From Perna viridis (taxonomy: Eukaryota): DNA of 64,000 nt. The notes under the pieces were generated by a model. That model had not been told where the DNA came from, did no database searches, and was given only the letters and a program-made list of their open reading frames with translations. The stretch lies in NCBI GenBank assembly GCA_037379345.1, contig CM074515.1:15004001-15068000 (forward strand), written 5' to 3'. The position numbers were made by a program, and so were the translations under genes. Numbering within the stretch: the first letter of the stretch is position 1; the number at the start of each line of letters is the position of its first letter. Positions 34,926 through 48,911 of this stretch are shown here, one piece after another.

Positions 34926-37900
34926 ATATTTTTTTTTTGTATTAACATTAATTCGCTCACATGGTCTTTACATAGAAATTAAAACATTATATAAAAAGCA
35001 GTTTTCGGCATGACATGGGTTGCAACTTTATTGTATGACTTATAATGTACCGTGGTTCTCAAATCCTCATGTGAAGAATTGGGATTTACATTACATACGA
35101 TGAGGACATGATTTTTTGTAGGTTTTAACTGGTCTGGCGCTGGCGTGTCAGTTAATTGGTAGTAGTCCTTTGTACATTTGTGTTACGTATAATCAGTTTC
35201 TTTAGGACTGCATTAACAAAGGACTCAGATATTTCTGAACTGATTTTTGTGTAATTTTTTCCCAAAGTGACCAGAGTTTAAAGGAAGGGTGTTTTGATCA
35301 CACCAAAGTACTTTAACTCCGCCGCATTATTTGCGCCTGTCCCAAGTCAGGAATTTCTGGCCTCAATATGTCTTGTTTTCTTTGCATTTTCAGTTTACTT
35401 TTATGTTTTTGGAGTCTATAGGAGCAACATTTTCACTGTATATAATTTTTTTTCTGCCCGTTGATATGAGGGTTTCCTCGTCGTTTATTTAACACCAATG
35501 AGCTGACAATTTTCAGCCCGGTGGGGTTGTTATCTTTTTGACATACTAACCATATCCATTTTTCTATTCTAAAAAAAGTTGACAAGAAATGGTAGAACAG
35601 ATGACAAAAAGTTGTTACTTACGGTTAACTTTAATTGACAAAATTTAAAAAAAGAAAGCAATAATATAAAAAAAAAGCAAAACAAAAAACAAAACAAAAC
35701 AAAACAAAAAAAAACAGACAACCATGCGCATGCACAAATACACACACAAATGATCTTAGGATATAGTGACATTCCGTAAAATTTTACATCTTCTTTTATT
35801 CTTTTGCTCTGTCTTACATTTACACTTTAATAATTATGATAATAAAACACATTCCATTTAATAAAATATATTTTTGATTAACGTTAAAGTATATTAGTCA
35901 AATATGTATTAAAATAACACATATGCATGACTTCCATTGCAGAAATGAATATAGATAATTTATTCCATAGATACTGATTGTTGATTACGTTCATTTTTCT
36001 TAATCTTTAATTTATAATTTGAAAACAAGGCTTGGATTGGCAGAACTTCCAAGATCGATGAAGACATTTTGTCAGAGAATTCCTGATGACAGATGTCTAA
36101 CCAATAGAAACTAAGATTTCTCTTTCGACAAACTTCCATGTATAATTAACTGGTTTTAAGACACAATTTTATCTAAATAAGCTTTATATGTTATAGTACT
36201 ACAATCTAGGTTAAGATATTAATTTCACTAGTTGTATTTTCTGCGATATTAGGCTAAAATGTTCTTAGACCAACACATACTGGACACTATTGCTGTATGA
36301 ACTTGGCAGTTGCCTACTTAAGTAAGTAGAGCTGAATTTTTAAATTATCTTTTTAACTATATAATTTTGTTGAATTGTCAAGTAATGCTTCATATTTCAT
36401 ACACATTGACGTGCTGTTAGTTGTAGGCACTTAATTTTTCCTGCATACAGATGTTTTATTATGTTTTGTTTTTCCATTAAAATTCCTTTTTTTCCTTTTT
36501 CTTATATACATGCTTAATTGATAATTAATAGATGTCTTGGTTATGATTTTCAAAGGTTTTTTATCCAGTTGCTCCTCTCCCCTTGTAAACATGGATTTTC
36601 AATTTTCATTTAATTGTTTGAAATGCATATTTTAAGAAATTTTACGAAGAAGTGGCATCACAAACTAGACTGTCCTCGCCGACTACACCCGTATCGATAT
36701 TAAGATACACGAGGGGTTTATTTAAATGTGAGTTATAGAAACACCATAAATGTAGGCGTTCGAAATTTTCTCCAAGACAAGCATTTCATATGAGATATTT
36801 TTCTTGTTCTTTTTTATGCATCAGTATATTTGTTAACCCCTTTATGTTTTGATTGTACATATTCATTTTCTTGACTGTCTATTTTGTTTTAGTATTTTTA
36901 TAATTTCCAAATGCCTAAATATACCGTTGATATTTTTAATCATGTATCTGTTCATCGTGCAATTTACACAAATGTCCCAATTAAGAGGCATACAGGTCAA
37001 ACACATTTAGATTTCGGTGATTGTTCTAAAATGGATTTTCGAAGACAAATGATGTCAGGTGCTAAATCTCATGGTTCATGAGTACTTTGAAAAGTTTAAT
37101 TGATGTTTGCTCCATACAAAGTCAAAATAATGCAGATCTGTATATTATTTTAAAATAAAAATATCTATATGTTGAACAGTTCTTTTGATTTCGAAAATTT
37201 ACAGAAATTCTCTGGCCTTGTAACATTTGTTTCCTTTAAAGGATGTAAATGTATATACTTCTAAACAGCGAAATCGTGAACTTATACAAACGTATCTCAA
37301 TTTTCTTAATTCTTAGTATCTAAACAATATATATTATATTTTTCAACATCAGTAATAAATATTAAAGAATTAATTTTATTGCCGTATACGTTTACGATGA
37401 GTTAAGATCATTATGTTGTTTTATTTTATTTTTTGAGAGTCTATTACTCTAAATAAATGGAAACAAGCGTCACAGATCGACACTTCTTTTGGAGTGTTAT
37501 TGTGTCCATTCATGTACACGGAACAACACATATACAGCGTTTTGCCAAGAGTAAGGGAAGAACGTCTATCCAAACGATTAACAATAAGCTATTAAGTTTC
37601 AAGTGCCAGAATTCCTAATTCAAATTTAGTTTTCTGAATGTTTGCTGTCAGTTTTTGTTGTTGTTGCTGATGATTGTTTTGTTTTTTGTTCTGATATAGT
37701 TACCCGTGAGCATCGTTGAATATTCCATTTATAATACCCAAGTTTACCCATAATTTCCTAGTTAAAAGTACTTGACTTAATATTTTTACTCCTTATAGAA
37801 ACCCCAAAATGTACAATTTCGTAACGCAATCATCTCAAAAGCATATTTGTTTTTGCTAAAGTATTTTGTAGGGAAATGGATTAAAATTTTATCATTTGAT

Positions 37901-40900
37901 ACCAATGTTTTAAAAACCAAGAACTCGTAATCTGAAGTATAAGTATGATCAAGCTAGATGACATGTGGTTTAAGGTATATGGATGGCCATCCCATTTAGT
38001 TACCAAACATTAAAATATCAAAGTATTTAGCTGTTTTGAACGAAATGCAATAACATTTTTTTAAAGAATATTCTTTATAAAACTTTTACATTGGCCTTAT
38101 AATTAAATATACACGTTTCATATAACAATGTACTGTGTTAATGAATATCCGATAGTAATAATGAATTCATGACTTCCCTTTTGTCAGCATTTAATTGACA
38201 GGTCGAGTTGTTGACAAATTAGGATGTGATCTTTGCCCCTTTCCAATAACAAGTTGATTTATCCCAGTGGATCTAGATATTTCATTTCCCATGTAAATTC
38301 AATTTGTCGTCTTAATTCATCATTCGTTGTGCGTGGTTCCATCTGTGAAGTTGATTTAAGAAAGTCGTCGTTTGTCAACAGAACAGCAATTTTTATGCAA
38401 GATGTTTGCCAGACTTATATTCATGCATCTCCTTTCAGAATAGACATGTCTATTCATTCGTTCATGTTTTACCTCTTTTCTCGTGGTTATTGCTCATACT
38501 TATTTCTTGACTGAAATATTAAATTTTCTTGTTTTTATTCATTAAAAATTGAAAATTAACGGCAGGGAAACTACGATTACATTTGATTTCAAGTTTATGA
38601 TAATTAAAAAAATGAAATATGCATAGAAATAACTCCACAAAACGAGAAATGATTAAGAACCACAAAACCCTTAAAAAATCAAAAACTACAAGTTCGTGCA
38701 CTTGCATCGATAGAGATAGGTTTCCGCATTCATCAAAAGGAGCTTATTACATATCGGCAAATTTCAAATGGCAGAATGAGGGTAAAAAGGAACAAACACA
38801 TTCAATTTGTGTGATATTCTTTATCAATTCATATTGAAATTTGTTACAATTTGCAAATGCTCGGTTCAGCTTTTTTTGTCATTCTACAATAGAACATTAC
38901 TAATTTAAGATTCGAATGAATTCTTTTCACTTAGCCATTACTATAATATGATTTCCTTTTGGTTTAGTTGTATAAAATTCAATTGATATAAACAGTTGTT
39001 TGAATCCAATTGATCGGTTTATCCGAAATTCGTAAATGACTAACTTGTGTGTGCATATGATCTTGATTCACAGACGAGTTTTAAGATTTTATATACATTT
39101 TATTTATTTTTTTTTTATCAAAACAACACATCATCTATACGTGTTTCATATTAAATTGATACAATATATACTCGCGTAACTGAAGATGATCTAAAGCCTT
39201 GAAACTGTATATTCTTTGCTTCTACATATCTTTTAAAACAGAATTCAAACAAAAAGGGATTCGTTTATAATATATCATATTTAGATAGTAATACCGACTG
39301 CATCCAAAAATCAAGGAAAAAGTAACGAAAGAGATTGCAGAGAAACATCATTACAAATTAAGCTTCTGTGAAATTGGAAACACTAAATACACCGTTTAAT
39401 GTATGTTTAATTACTATCCAATACTACTCAAAGCAAAGCAAACAAAGGAACAAGATTCAGCTTTGTTTAGAATTATATGTGCCCTTGGCTTAAACTATCT
39501 AATAACGAAACAAAAGCTTCAGGCCAAGACATTTCAGAACCTAATATAATCTTCCCGTTTCCCGGGGAATAAACAGCTTACGAAAGAGATAAAAGATTTT
39601 ACAAGAGTCTTAAATGTTTTGTTTCTTGGTCATTTTCTGGATAATTTGTAACAGGAACAATGACCCGCGGTTTAAGAAGATTTCAGGAAGAGATAATAGG
39701 ATTGATAATCTGCAAAAACATTGGTGAAGTGCTGGCTACCATTGATTCTATATTTCTTGGCATCTTTTCTAAATACTAGATATATGTATATCAAAGTCAT
39801 TTATATCTATGGTGGAAAGTTTTGTACTGGCATCGTCTTAAAAGGTTCTTTTTTGATGATGTTCAATCAAAATTTAAAATATCTTTGTCTATTTTAGTTT
39901 TATACCTAAATATAAAAATACCAATCATATATATTGCAAATTTCGTATAAATTGCAAATATGCTGTACATGTATGTTTAAAAAGTAAACTCCCATCAGCA
40001 GAAAAATTAATTGTATACAAGAAGTACTAAAAACCAAAACTATCAAAATAGGTAGATCATGCTTATGATTTCTAACATTTTTTTAAGTATGAATTGTTTT
40101 TATTACTTACATACATCAAACTATGTTTGTTAAATTTAATCCGCGCGTGTGTGTTCAAAATGTTGTTTGGGACGAACAATTTGGTACGTAAGTGCACAAG
40201 CGTGTTCATATATTGAAACATCTCTAACCAGTTAACATCTTGTTAAGGAATTATTTACTCTTTCATTGAATTAACGCACATTCTCACGAGACCTGTCGCA
40301 TTCAATAAACATGCAAGGTCGGTGTAGGGATATTAATGGCGATGACTATTTCACTAATTAGATTACTCTGCCGTTATCATATCCAACATTTCTAAAGTGG
40401 TCCCCTTTAACGCAATAATAAGAGAATTTATTGCCCTAAGTTGTAGAGACGATGTGATGAAAAGACCGAAAAAGATGTCTTTTTGTGGATAAATGAGTTC
40501 ATTTAGAGAATTATCACCAGGAAGATTTACCATGAAATAATAAAATTTCAATAAAGATTCGTTATTCACACATTAAATGTTCATTCATCTCAACATTTCA
40601 TTTGTTTAAAATATGATGGTACTAGCTAAAAATTCAATACCCCTTGTGGATGGACAACAATGTTAAAAAAAAAAACTAAATAAAAATTATAATCATTCTA
40701 GTATCCCAAGGATCGTTCACGAAAATTTCACAGAACGTTATAAAATAATAATAATAATAAATAGCGAAGACAATAAAAATTGTTTCGTGTAGTTGATCAG
40801 TGTACAGCTACCCATCAAGAATTTTTCTTCGGTTTAAAGCAATCGCACAAAATACCCAACATAGCACCTTCAAAGAGATCGAGAAAAATAAAAAAAATCT

Positions 40901-41030
40901 TAATGCAAGACCCTATATACGGTGATACAAATTGAAGAAATGAGGCAAAGTCTAATAGGAATCGATGATTATATGTGTTTCAATTGGGTGTATTAATAAT
41001 TTACATTGTCTTCTCTATTTTTCAGTTGCA

Positions 41031-41474
41031 ATGAAAAACTTTCAAACCGAGATGTTTGAATATGGATATATTCAAGAACAGGGATTGAATTCGCTTTCAA
41101 ATTCAAAAACTGATTTTAACGGATCAGAATGTGGTGTTACATCTAACTCAGAGGAAGAAACAATGGACGGATATTGTTATGTAAAAGGTTCAACTGATCA
41201 CCAACATGAACGAGAGGACCAAAACAACGATGCAGTGCTGGAACAAGGATTGAGTCGCGAAGAGAGACGAAGACGTCGGAGAGCAACACAGAAATATCGA
41301 ACGGCGCACGCAACTAGAGAAAGAATTAGGGTAGAAGCATTTAATGTTGCATTCTCTGAGCTTAGAAAGTTGCTTCCAACGTTGCCGCCAGATAAAAAAC
41401 TTTCTAAAATCGAAATTTTAAGACTTGCTATATGTTATATATCATATATGACACATGTTCTTGAACTGGGTTAA
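41031..41474 (+). CDS. NHLH: Neural bHLH factor of the NHLH1/2 (HEN/NSCL) family, about 147 aa
   Basis: [70 protein letters not shown] is nearly identical to the HEN1/HEN2 bHLH domain. An acceptor ending at 41025 precedes the ATG, so an upstream exon exists. Confidence 0.95.
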   Translation: MKNFQTEMFEYGYIQEQGLNSLSNSKTDFNGSECGVTSNSEEETMDGYCYVKGSTDHQHEREDQNNDAVLEQGLSREERRRRRRATQKYRTAHATRERIRVEAFNVAFSELRKLLPTLPPDKKLSKIEILRLAICYISYMTHVLELG

Positions 41475-43811
41475 ATATATTCTTTCATTTCACTATTTTT
41501 CTTAGGTTTCATTCATTTTATGTACTTATTTATGAATATTACTTCATCAAATTTAAAAGAGATACACACTTTGGCACTGCACACATTTTGAGTTTCGTTG
41601 TAATTAATCAAATTGCCTTCACTATATTCTTAGTTTTCTTTCATGTCGCAGCAAATACAAGCACATCTTCTGACAGTGTGGAAACCTTTTTGTAATCTAT
41701 AATATGCATTGTCACCACTTTGTTTTACGGTGTACTTTTATTGATAGAAAAGCATTCTCTGCTTAAACAAAATGAGATTTATTTTAAAAAATGGTATTTT
41801 AAATATATAATATATTTATATCTTACATGAGATACTTGTATGTATTATTATGACAATCATTGTTTGAAATTAAAGTGTTGCATAAAAAAGTTATCAATTA
41901 ATTTATGATCACAAACAAAATCCAATTTTTATAAGATAGATTGACAAAACTTACTTTTTTTCAAAATTAAAGCTTTTTCCATCAACAATATCAAAACAAT
42001 GAATATAGTGACGTACAGATACATTTATTTACAAATTAACAAGATATATAAGCAAGTATCACACATTTACAGCAAAATTCAGCAGTTTTTTACAGAATAA
42101 ATGTATGGTAAAATAAACAAAACCCAAAACGATAACATGAAAAAAAAACCGTATATATACTTAAGTTATTTTTAAATAGTAAGACACGCTCTTGGTATAT
42201 TAGTTCCAAAAATTGAATTAAACAATGGAATGTTTTTTTAACTTGTATCAAAAAATTACGGAAAACATTTGAAATTACTAAACCTCATTGACGTTTTCTC
42301 CGCTGTAGTTAAATGGATGAAGATATTTTTCTAAAAAGGTACGGAAAGATTATGAAAATATTGCAAACGTCAATAAATGTATATGAACTTAGACTCTATG
42401 ACCTACACATGGTTAAAACACACATTCTTTACAAATTTACTTAACATTGATTTGTTTATAAACACAGATATGGCATGACGTTTACAAATTTTGCTACCGA
42501 TCAGTGTTCATATTTCAGGTAAAGTGTAATACCATTAATCTGTTTCCTGATTAGTAGACGAGAACAGAGGATTATAATTATCTCCAAATAAGCTGGTTTT
42601 ACATTTTCACTTGTTCCATTCATTTCAACAACTCCAGCTATTAATTAGTTTTATGGTAATGATACATTAGGACTACCATATGGTTGATTTCATCCAAAAC
42701 AATTTTCAATTTCTATGACTTTCGATCAGTAGCATTTTTCTTTCTTGTTAGATTTAACATAAAATATCATATTACTGTTGTTATTCTTTCCGAAAATCTA
42801 ATTTGTTGTGCGTGTGTTACAAATTAACAAAACATTAAATCGAGGTAAACCAATTCTTATTGTTGTATATTAATGGTTTTTCTCTTAAACAGAACTAATG
42901 GACAACATATCTCGTAATGTCATTTTTCTTTTATGTGATGAAAAAAAGTCTTCCGTCTAATGTTCCATCAAGGCTCACATTAGCTAAAATAATACAAATG
43001 TGTTCTTATATTTTGATTAAACGTTATATTAAAGCAAGTGCGTTATAATTAGTGTGCTTCTTTTGGTAGCAGTATATTTGCACCTAATGGCAAAACGAGA
43101 TCAAATTACGGAATTTACTTAAATAATTTTTTTTCTGAAAATTTTGAATTATTGTAAGAAATTCTCAGCAAAGTGCATAAGTCATGTTATCTAATTGTAC
43201 ATTTTTAGAAAAATATTCTGAGGTACCAATAAGACAAATACCACTATAAATGTTCATTTTCAGAATTATCAAATATCTACGAAGTTTATTTATTAAGAAG
43301 CAATGATTAGGGCATAAACCAAATAAATTGGGTTTGTCAACGAGGAAATAATTGAATACACAATAATAAAGAAAAGGTTCATTCGTTTTTCTTTTGAATA
43401 CACAATTTGACTCTTACATGCATACATAAATACATACTTAGGTAGACACCGAGTATGACACTGAATACAGACCCATAAACCCGCGATACTCTACAAACTA
43501 GGTTTAATTTCAAAACCAAGACATAAATAGTGACACGGCGACTACCAAATCTTCAAAAAGAGTAAAAAAATAGAATCGCATTGTATGGCAAGCAGAACGT
43601 CATAAGAATTAAAGTCAGCATGAAATAAAGTCAAAATTTGACCAAAATAAATTATTCTTAAATACGCATTTTTCTTGACCTATTAATGCATATTGACGAT
43701 TTAAATTTGGATTGAAAGGTATTCATAAAAATATATTGAAAAAAAAACTAATAACAATTCAAAACATGGTAACGACTTTTCAATTTCAAGGAGTTAATTC
43801 TTAATCAAGAA

Positions 43812-44062
43812 AAGTAATTGAGGGAACCACCATTCGAGTGGTAATCAAAAGAATATTTTGCCAGGAAAAAGACTAGACTGGGAAAACATGCACACACAAC
43901 AAAGAACGTGGAGTAATGAAATACACATACAAAGAAACAAAAATAAATTTGCAACCCGGACTCCTAAAATCTGGGATCCGTGATAGACTAGGTGCAGGTG
44001 CATCGGTAGGGGAGGTGTTCTCTGCTTTCGTAGAAACACCCACCGAGTTGCTCATACAATGT
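43812..44062 (-). repeat. Solo copy of the Penelope-associated structured terminal repeat
   Basis: Collinear with 25940-26180; other copies at 51758-51952 (+), 61125-61265 (+), 58018-58095 (-) and about 20015-20070 (+). Confidence 0.75.
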
Positions 44063-44283
44063 CATATGCGTGATAGACAAAAGAGGAACTCCTCTGTGTC
44101 CGATCATACTTTTTATGAAGATATTGCTACACTGATTGATTTGATTTGACGGTTTTTCCCATATATAAACATTCTTCGATCTACAGACAGTTAACTTTTT
44201 AAAATGATGTAAGCATTCTAGGAATTTGGGAATATTTTTTTTCCAAATACAAAATAACCATTTATATAATATTGCCAATTGTG

Positions 44284-44668
44284 ATATGCTGTAGATGTGT
44301 TTCAAGAAGTAATTTCTCATTAGTAGCATTAAAATCAAATACAAAGGAAGACCTAAATAAAAACAAATGGTAAGCAAGAAGTTGTTTTCGAAACCACAAG
44401 TTTCGAAATAGAAGGTTAAACCCAGCACCAAGAAAATCATTCATGTGCAATACAAGGAATGAAGCCTTGTTTTTTTTTACTTTTTAAATTTGTAATAATG
44501 CAAATACCGATATCGATTACCCTTGGGGACTTTTGGTCAACAAGGCACTGACCCAGTGGTTATCAAATACAAAAGAACCAATCATATAATATGCTGTATA
44601 CGTGTTTCAAGGAATAACATCTCAGCAGCAGCATTAAAGTCAAATACAAAGGAAGATCTAAATAAAAA
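44284..44668 (+). repeat. Local direct repeat of about 80 bp
   Basis: atatgctgta..tgtttcaag..gcattaaa.tcaaatacaaaggaaga.ctaaataaaaa at about 44284-44363 and 44589-44668. Confidence 0.75.
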
Positions 44669-47600
44669 ATAATTATTATACAAATACTAATCAATATAAT
44701 CTTAGACAGGTAGGTACGTTGTATGATTTAAAATAAAATGTTTTTTTTACTGGGTTCAATACATTAAATATCTACATTTTCTTGTGTGTGTGTGTGTTTT
44801 TTTTTGGGGGGGGAGACATCCGATTATGATTTTATCGCATTAAAATTCAATACACACAAAGCAATACATGAGTACGTAAAATAAATTTGGATATAATTCA
44901 TTCTAAATGCATTCTGTAATACACTTAATATATTTTAATGTAGCAGCGAAGATAATTAAACAATCCAACATATTCTAATGGAAAAACAACAAGATAATGT
45001 TTCCTAGATTCATTTTGGTCTTAAACATGGATACTTCACGTTCCTTCTTGATAGTTTAGTGAGTTCTCGTTTAAAAAAATGCGTCTTAACACTTTTTAAA
45101 ATTTATTCTTCAGTTTATTGATTAAGTGTTTAGTAGCACGCGCCTTTTTTAAAACAGAAATTCAATTTTAAGCAACACCACTTATTTCCCTTTGTACGGA
45201 GTCCATGTCTATAACATATAATAACACTGAAATGGAGTTCGTAATTTTTTTTTACAAATCTAGTAATAATTTTTGCAGCTAACAATAGCCATATCTTTTG
45301 TATTTATTCAAAAAGTAGAATATCTCATCATTTTACCAAACAGTTTCAAAAAATTGAAAAGGAATATACTATGAATTTATCAAGAAAGTTTTAACAGCTG
45401 TTGAAATCCCTACTACCGTTATATTAACATCTACTGAAATATCTTTTGTGGTACCCCCTAAATTTAAAATTTACATTTGTCTTAAGCTTTAAGTCATTTC
45501 TGCAATGTATGAAGTAGGTTTAGAAAATGTTTTCGGCATTCTTCGGTTTCCCGACAAAAATACTTTCCTGGGAAAATAGGTTTAATTACACAGTTCGTTG
45601 TTTGATTTTGTTAAAAAAAAAAAAAAACACCGGTTTATTAACTACAACTTCGGTTGGAAATATTATTCAAATTTTTAGTACTAACCCTTTGATAGATATG
45701 CATAAGGTTCGGTATTCTGACGTAAGAATTTTTTCTAATACATATTCAAGTAAAAAGTAGTAATAACGAATAATAGAATGAAATGTTTAAGTTTACAAGT
45801 TTTGTTTTTGTGTGACCATATAAACCTAATAAAATTAGTATTTCTTCTCATGAGTGTATGATTATTAACATATATGGTATCTAATTTATGAAAAGAAATG
45901 TACAATGAGTAAAACATTTTTACAAAATCACAAATTAACAACTAAAAAGAAAATATTGAAAGACATTAATGAAACTGAAACAAAAGAGTTCTAGAATAAT
46001 GATACCTTGAGGACAACTAAATTATTAACTACATCTTATTTCCGTTAAGATACAAGTAAAACAACGTCATCTGTATACAGTTAAAACATTCACCTTTTGT
46101 CAGCCGACGTTTATTCTCTATCTATCACTACCTGAACAAGGTAAGTCACATTTTATTACCTATTCACTTGATCAAAAGAAATTCTAAAATAATTTGGGGG
46201 AGGGCGTGGTACCACTTAATTCCATCATAGGCACCATCCAATTGTAACGGGAAATGTCTTGGAGGACACTATGCATAGGTAATAAAAAGATGCCATGAAT
46301 ATTTAATACAATATGTGTACAGTTCAATGATTTAATCCTTGTATGTCATGTAACGTGGAAATTAAACAAAATAAAAAGAAATAAGTTTTAAAAGTCAATA
46401 GTTTAAGCCTTACTTTACAGACTGGACGAAATAGAAACCCGGAAACAATTTAGAACACTATCAAAATCAAAAACGTATAACCATTTTGGCATAATTCCAG
46501 ATATTTTTTAAATAATATCCTGATATGTGCATTAAACAGTGGAATTTCTGAAGATTGAATACAGAACTATGTTCACTTTTACAAAACAATGTAAACGAGC
46601 CTTGGATTATATAATTATCGCGTCACATAGTAAATATTGTCATGAATCATTTTATACTGTTAATTAATTCATTTTACCTGTTATGTTCTTTTTGTGTAAA
46701 TCGGTATTAATTTCATATGAAATCTAAAATGAATGTATATTCACTGACGATTATGTCGAAAAAAAAATAATAAGTTAGACATCTTATGAAGTTTCAATGT
46801 GCATAATTTCAGGCATCATAGTTCAAATATTCCATTGCGTTGACGCATCAATACTGTGAAATGGTGTCAGTTTTACCTTTTAGGTGGTTTGGGACGACTA
46901 CTAGTATATCAAGTTTAATTTGCAACTGTCATTTAACCAAATGTAATTTACATTCTAGTTGTAAATAATTATATCAAATTAATTTTGAGATGTGTTTAAG
47001 TAAAGGTAACAACTAAATTATCGTACATTAATCCATTTCATAATCAAGTCTAGTCCTAAATAAATCTGGCAAAATAGATATTATACCACCGGAGCAGCTG
47101 GTACGCAATGGTCCTGACTTGTTACAGGCAATTCAAACGAAATGGTGGGTTAAATCTAGGTTTTACAGCCCGCTAAACCTCCCTCTTCCATTCCGCATGA
47201 ATATACCAGTGGTGAGTAAGCATTTGCATGATATTGCGTCCTAATCGGTAAATCAGCGGTCAGTTCATCACAAAGAACAATTTAAAAAAAAACAATTATC
47301 ACTCATTATGTTAGAAAAAAAACAAGTATTTTTCAACCAATGGCTGATATCTTAAATGCGCTTTTATGACGCATTTCTTCATACCCATGATTCGGGAGTC
47401 TGTTGCGCGGATATTCATAAAACAATCTTTCTGCTTAACACTATTTAAAAAAAATTACATACAACAATAAAAACCTATTTTCAACAAAATAAATGAAATA
47501 TTTCAATACAGTTACTTTACTTGAAATTTAAGCGCATATTTCAGTTACGTTAGATTCATTTTGTTATTTGTACCTTTTGGTTATTATAAAGTTATCTTCG

Positions 47601-48911
47601 TGATCCCGTGTCGAAACAAAGAAACTGGAGTATCTTATGATAGTAAATATACAGAAATTGTTAGGTTTAGCTTCATAATAAGGAATTTAAACGGTTTATT
47701 CCGTTTCTCATCAATTGTCGATTTTGAGTGAACTATTGATTAATAGTTGAGATGACATTGACAAAGGTATTGATATGTGATGTATCATGAATACACAAGG
47801 TGTTGTAAGTGGTGCTCTTTATAATAAGACCCCGTCGAATAAATATTATGAACCTTCATTTCTCTCAATAAGATGATTGTCAAATCTTAGTCTGTAACCT
47901 TAATGTCTAATATACAGTTCGTTAAGTTCATCCACTCAGGGCCTACAATAGAAGATTATCGCCTTATTTTTACTGGCATTACTGCTTAACAAGCTAAAGA
48001 AATTGACTTGCTGCTCATGCCAAATGTAATAAACAATCCATGATACATATAAATACGTGTAAATACGCAGTAATGATAACGCCGATCGTTGAATTTATTT
48101 CAGGAAGTGAAATTGTATTGTCATTATTAATACATAAATATGTTAACATCACTCATATTGTCTAACTTAGTCCGTTAAGTCGGTGTACGAAATCCGTCAT
48201 TTAAATGGATCGTACTAACATTATTTTATATTCAACGATTTGTACCATAAAAAGCGATTTTTATATCCAAGAGATTGACTAATTAATTGGTTTATCGAAA
48301 CATAAACATGACACAGACAGCTAAACAGAAATCAAAGTAACCACGATTCGAATGGTTTTTCCAAAAGAACATAATCCAAGGATAACGACTAGACAAAGGA
48401 AATATACACATGTAACAAAGAACACAAAATAACCAAAAACACGTAAATAAAACAAAAATCAATGAGCAATGCGTTTTTCAATGGCTGTCTTTTTTCATAG
48501 AACACATATATTTCAGACGTTGCTTTAACGAATAATGACGTGTATCGTTCCTCCATTACAAAATTGTGATTTTAGCGTATTATTTTTTATTCTATTTTTA
48601 TTTATATTTTTATATATATTTTCTGTTGTACTTTTTGTTTTATGTTTTCTGTTGTACTTTTTGTTATGCTTGTAAAAATGACTTGATAGTGCAGCAATCA
48701 AACTTTGATACACTGAAAAATGAAGGAAAATAACAAAGTTGCCGAACCGATAAATGCATAGAGTATTTTCCTTTATTTTTAGATGCAGACCGATTTCACA
48801 TATTGAGTTAAATGATAATGGTGGCCAACCATCAACAGAACACTCTTTTTTGCATATACTTTTGAGCAATGATTATTTTTCTGTGTGTTTGTTATTCTGA
48901 ACAAATTAAGA

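Noticed and set aside
39178-39212. Hammerhead-like CTGAAGA...GAAA (similar CTGANGA hits at 30266, 36083 and 56929)
   Set aside because: Stem II and the flanking stems do not pair, or GAAA is missing.
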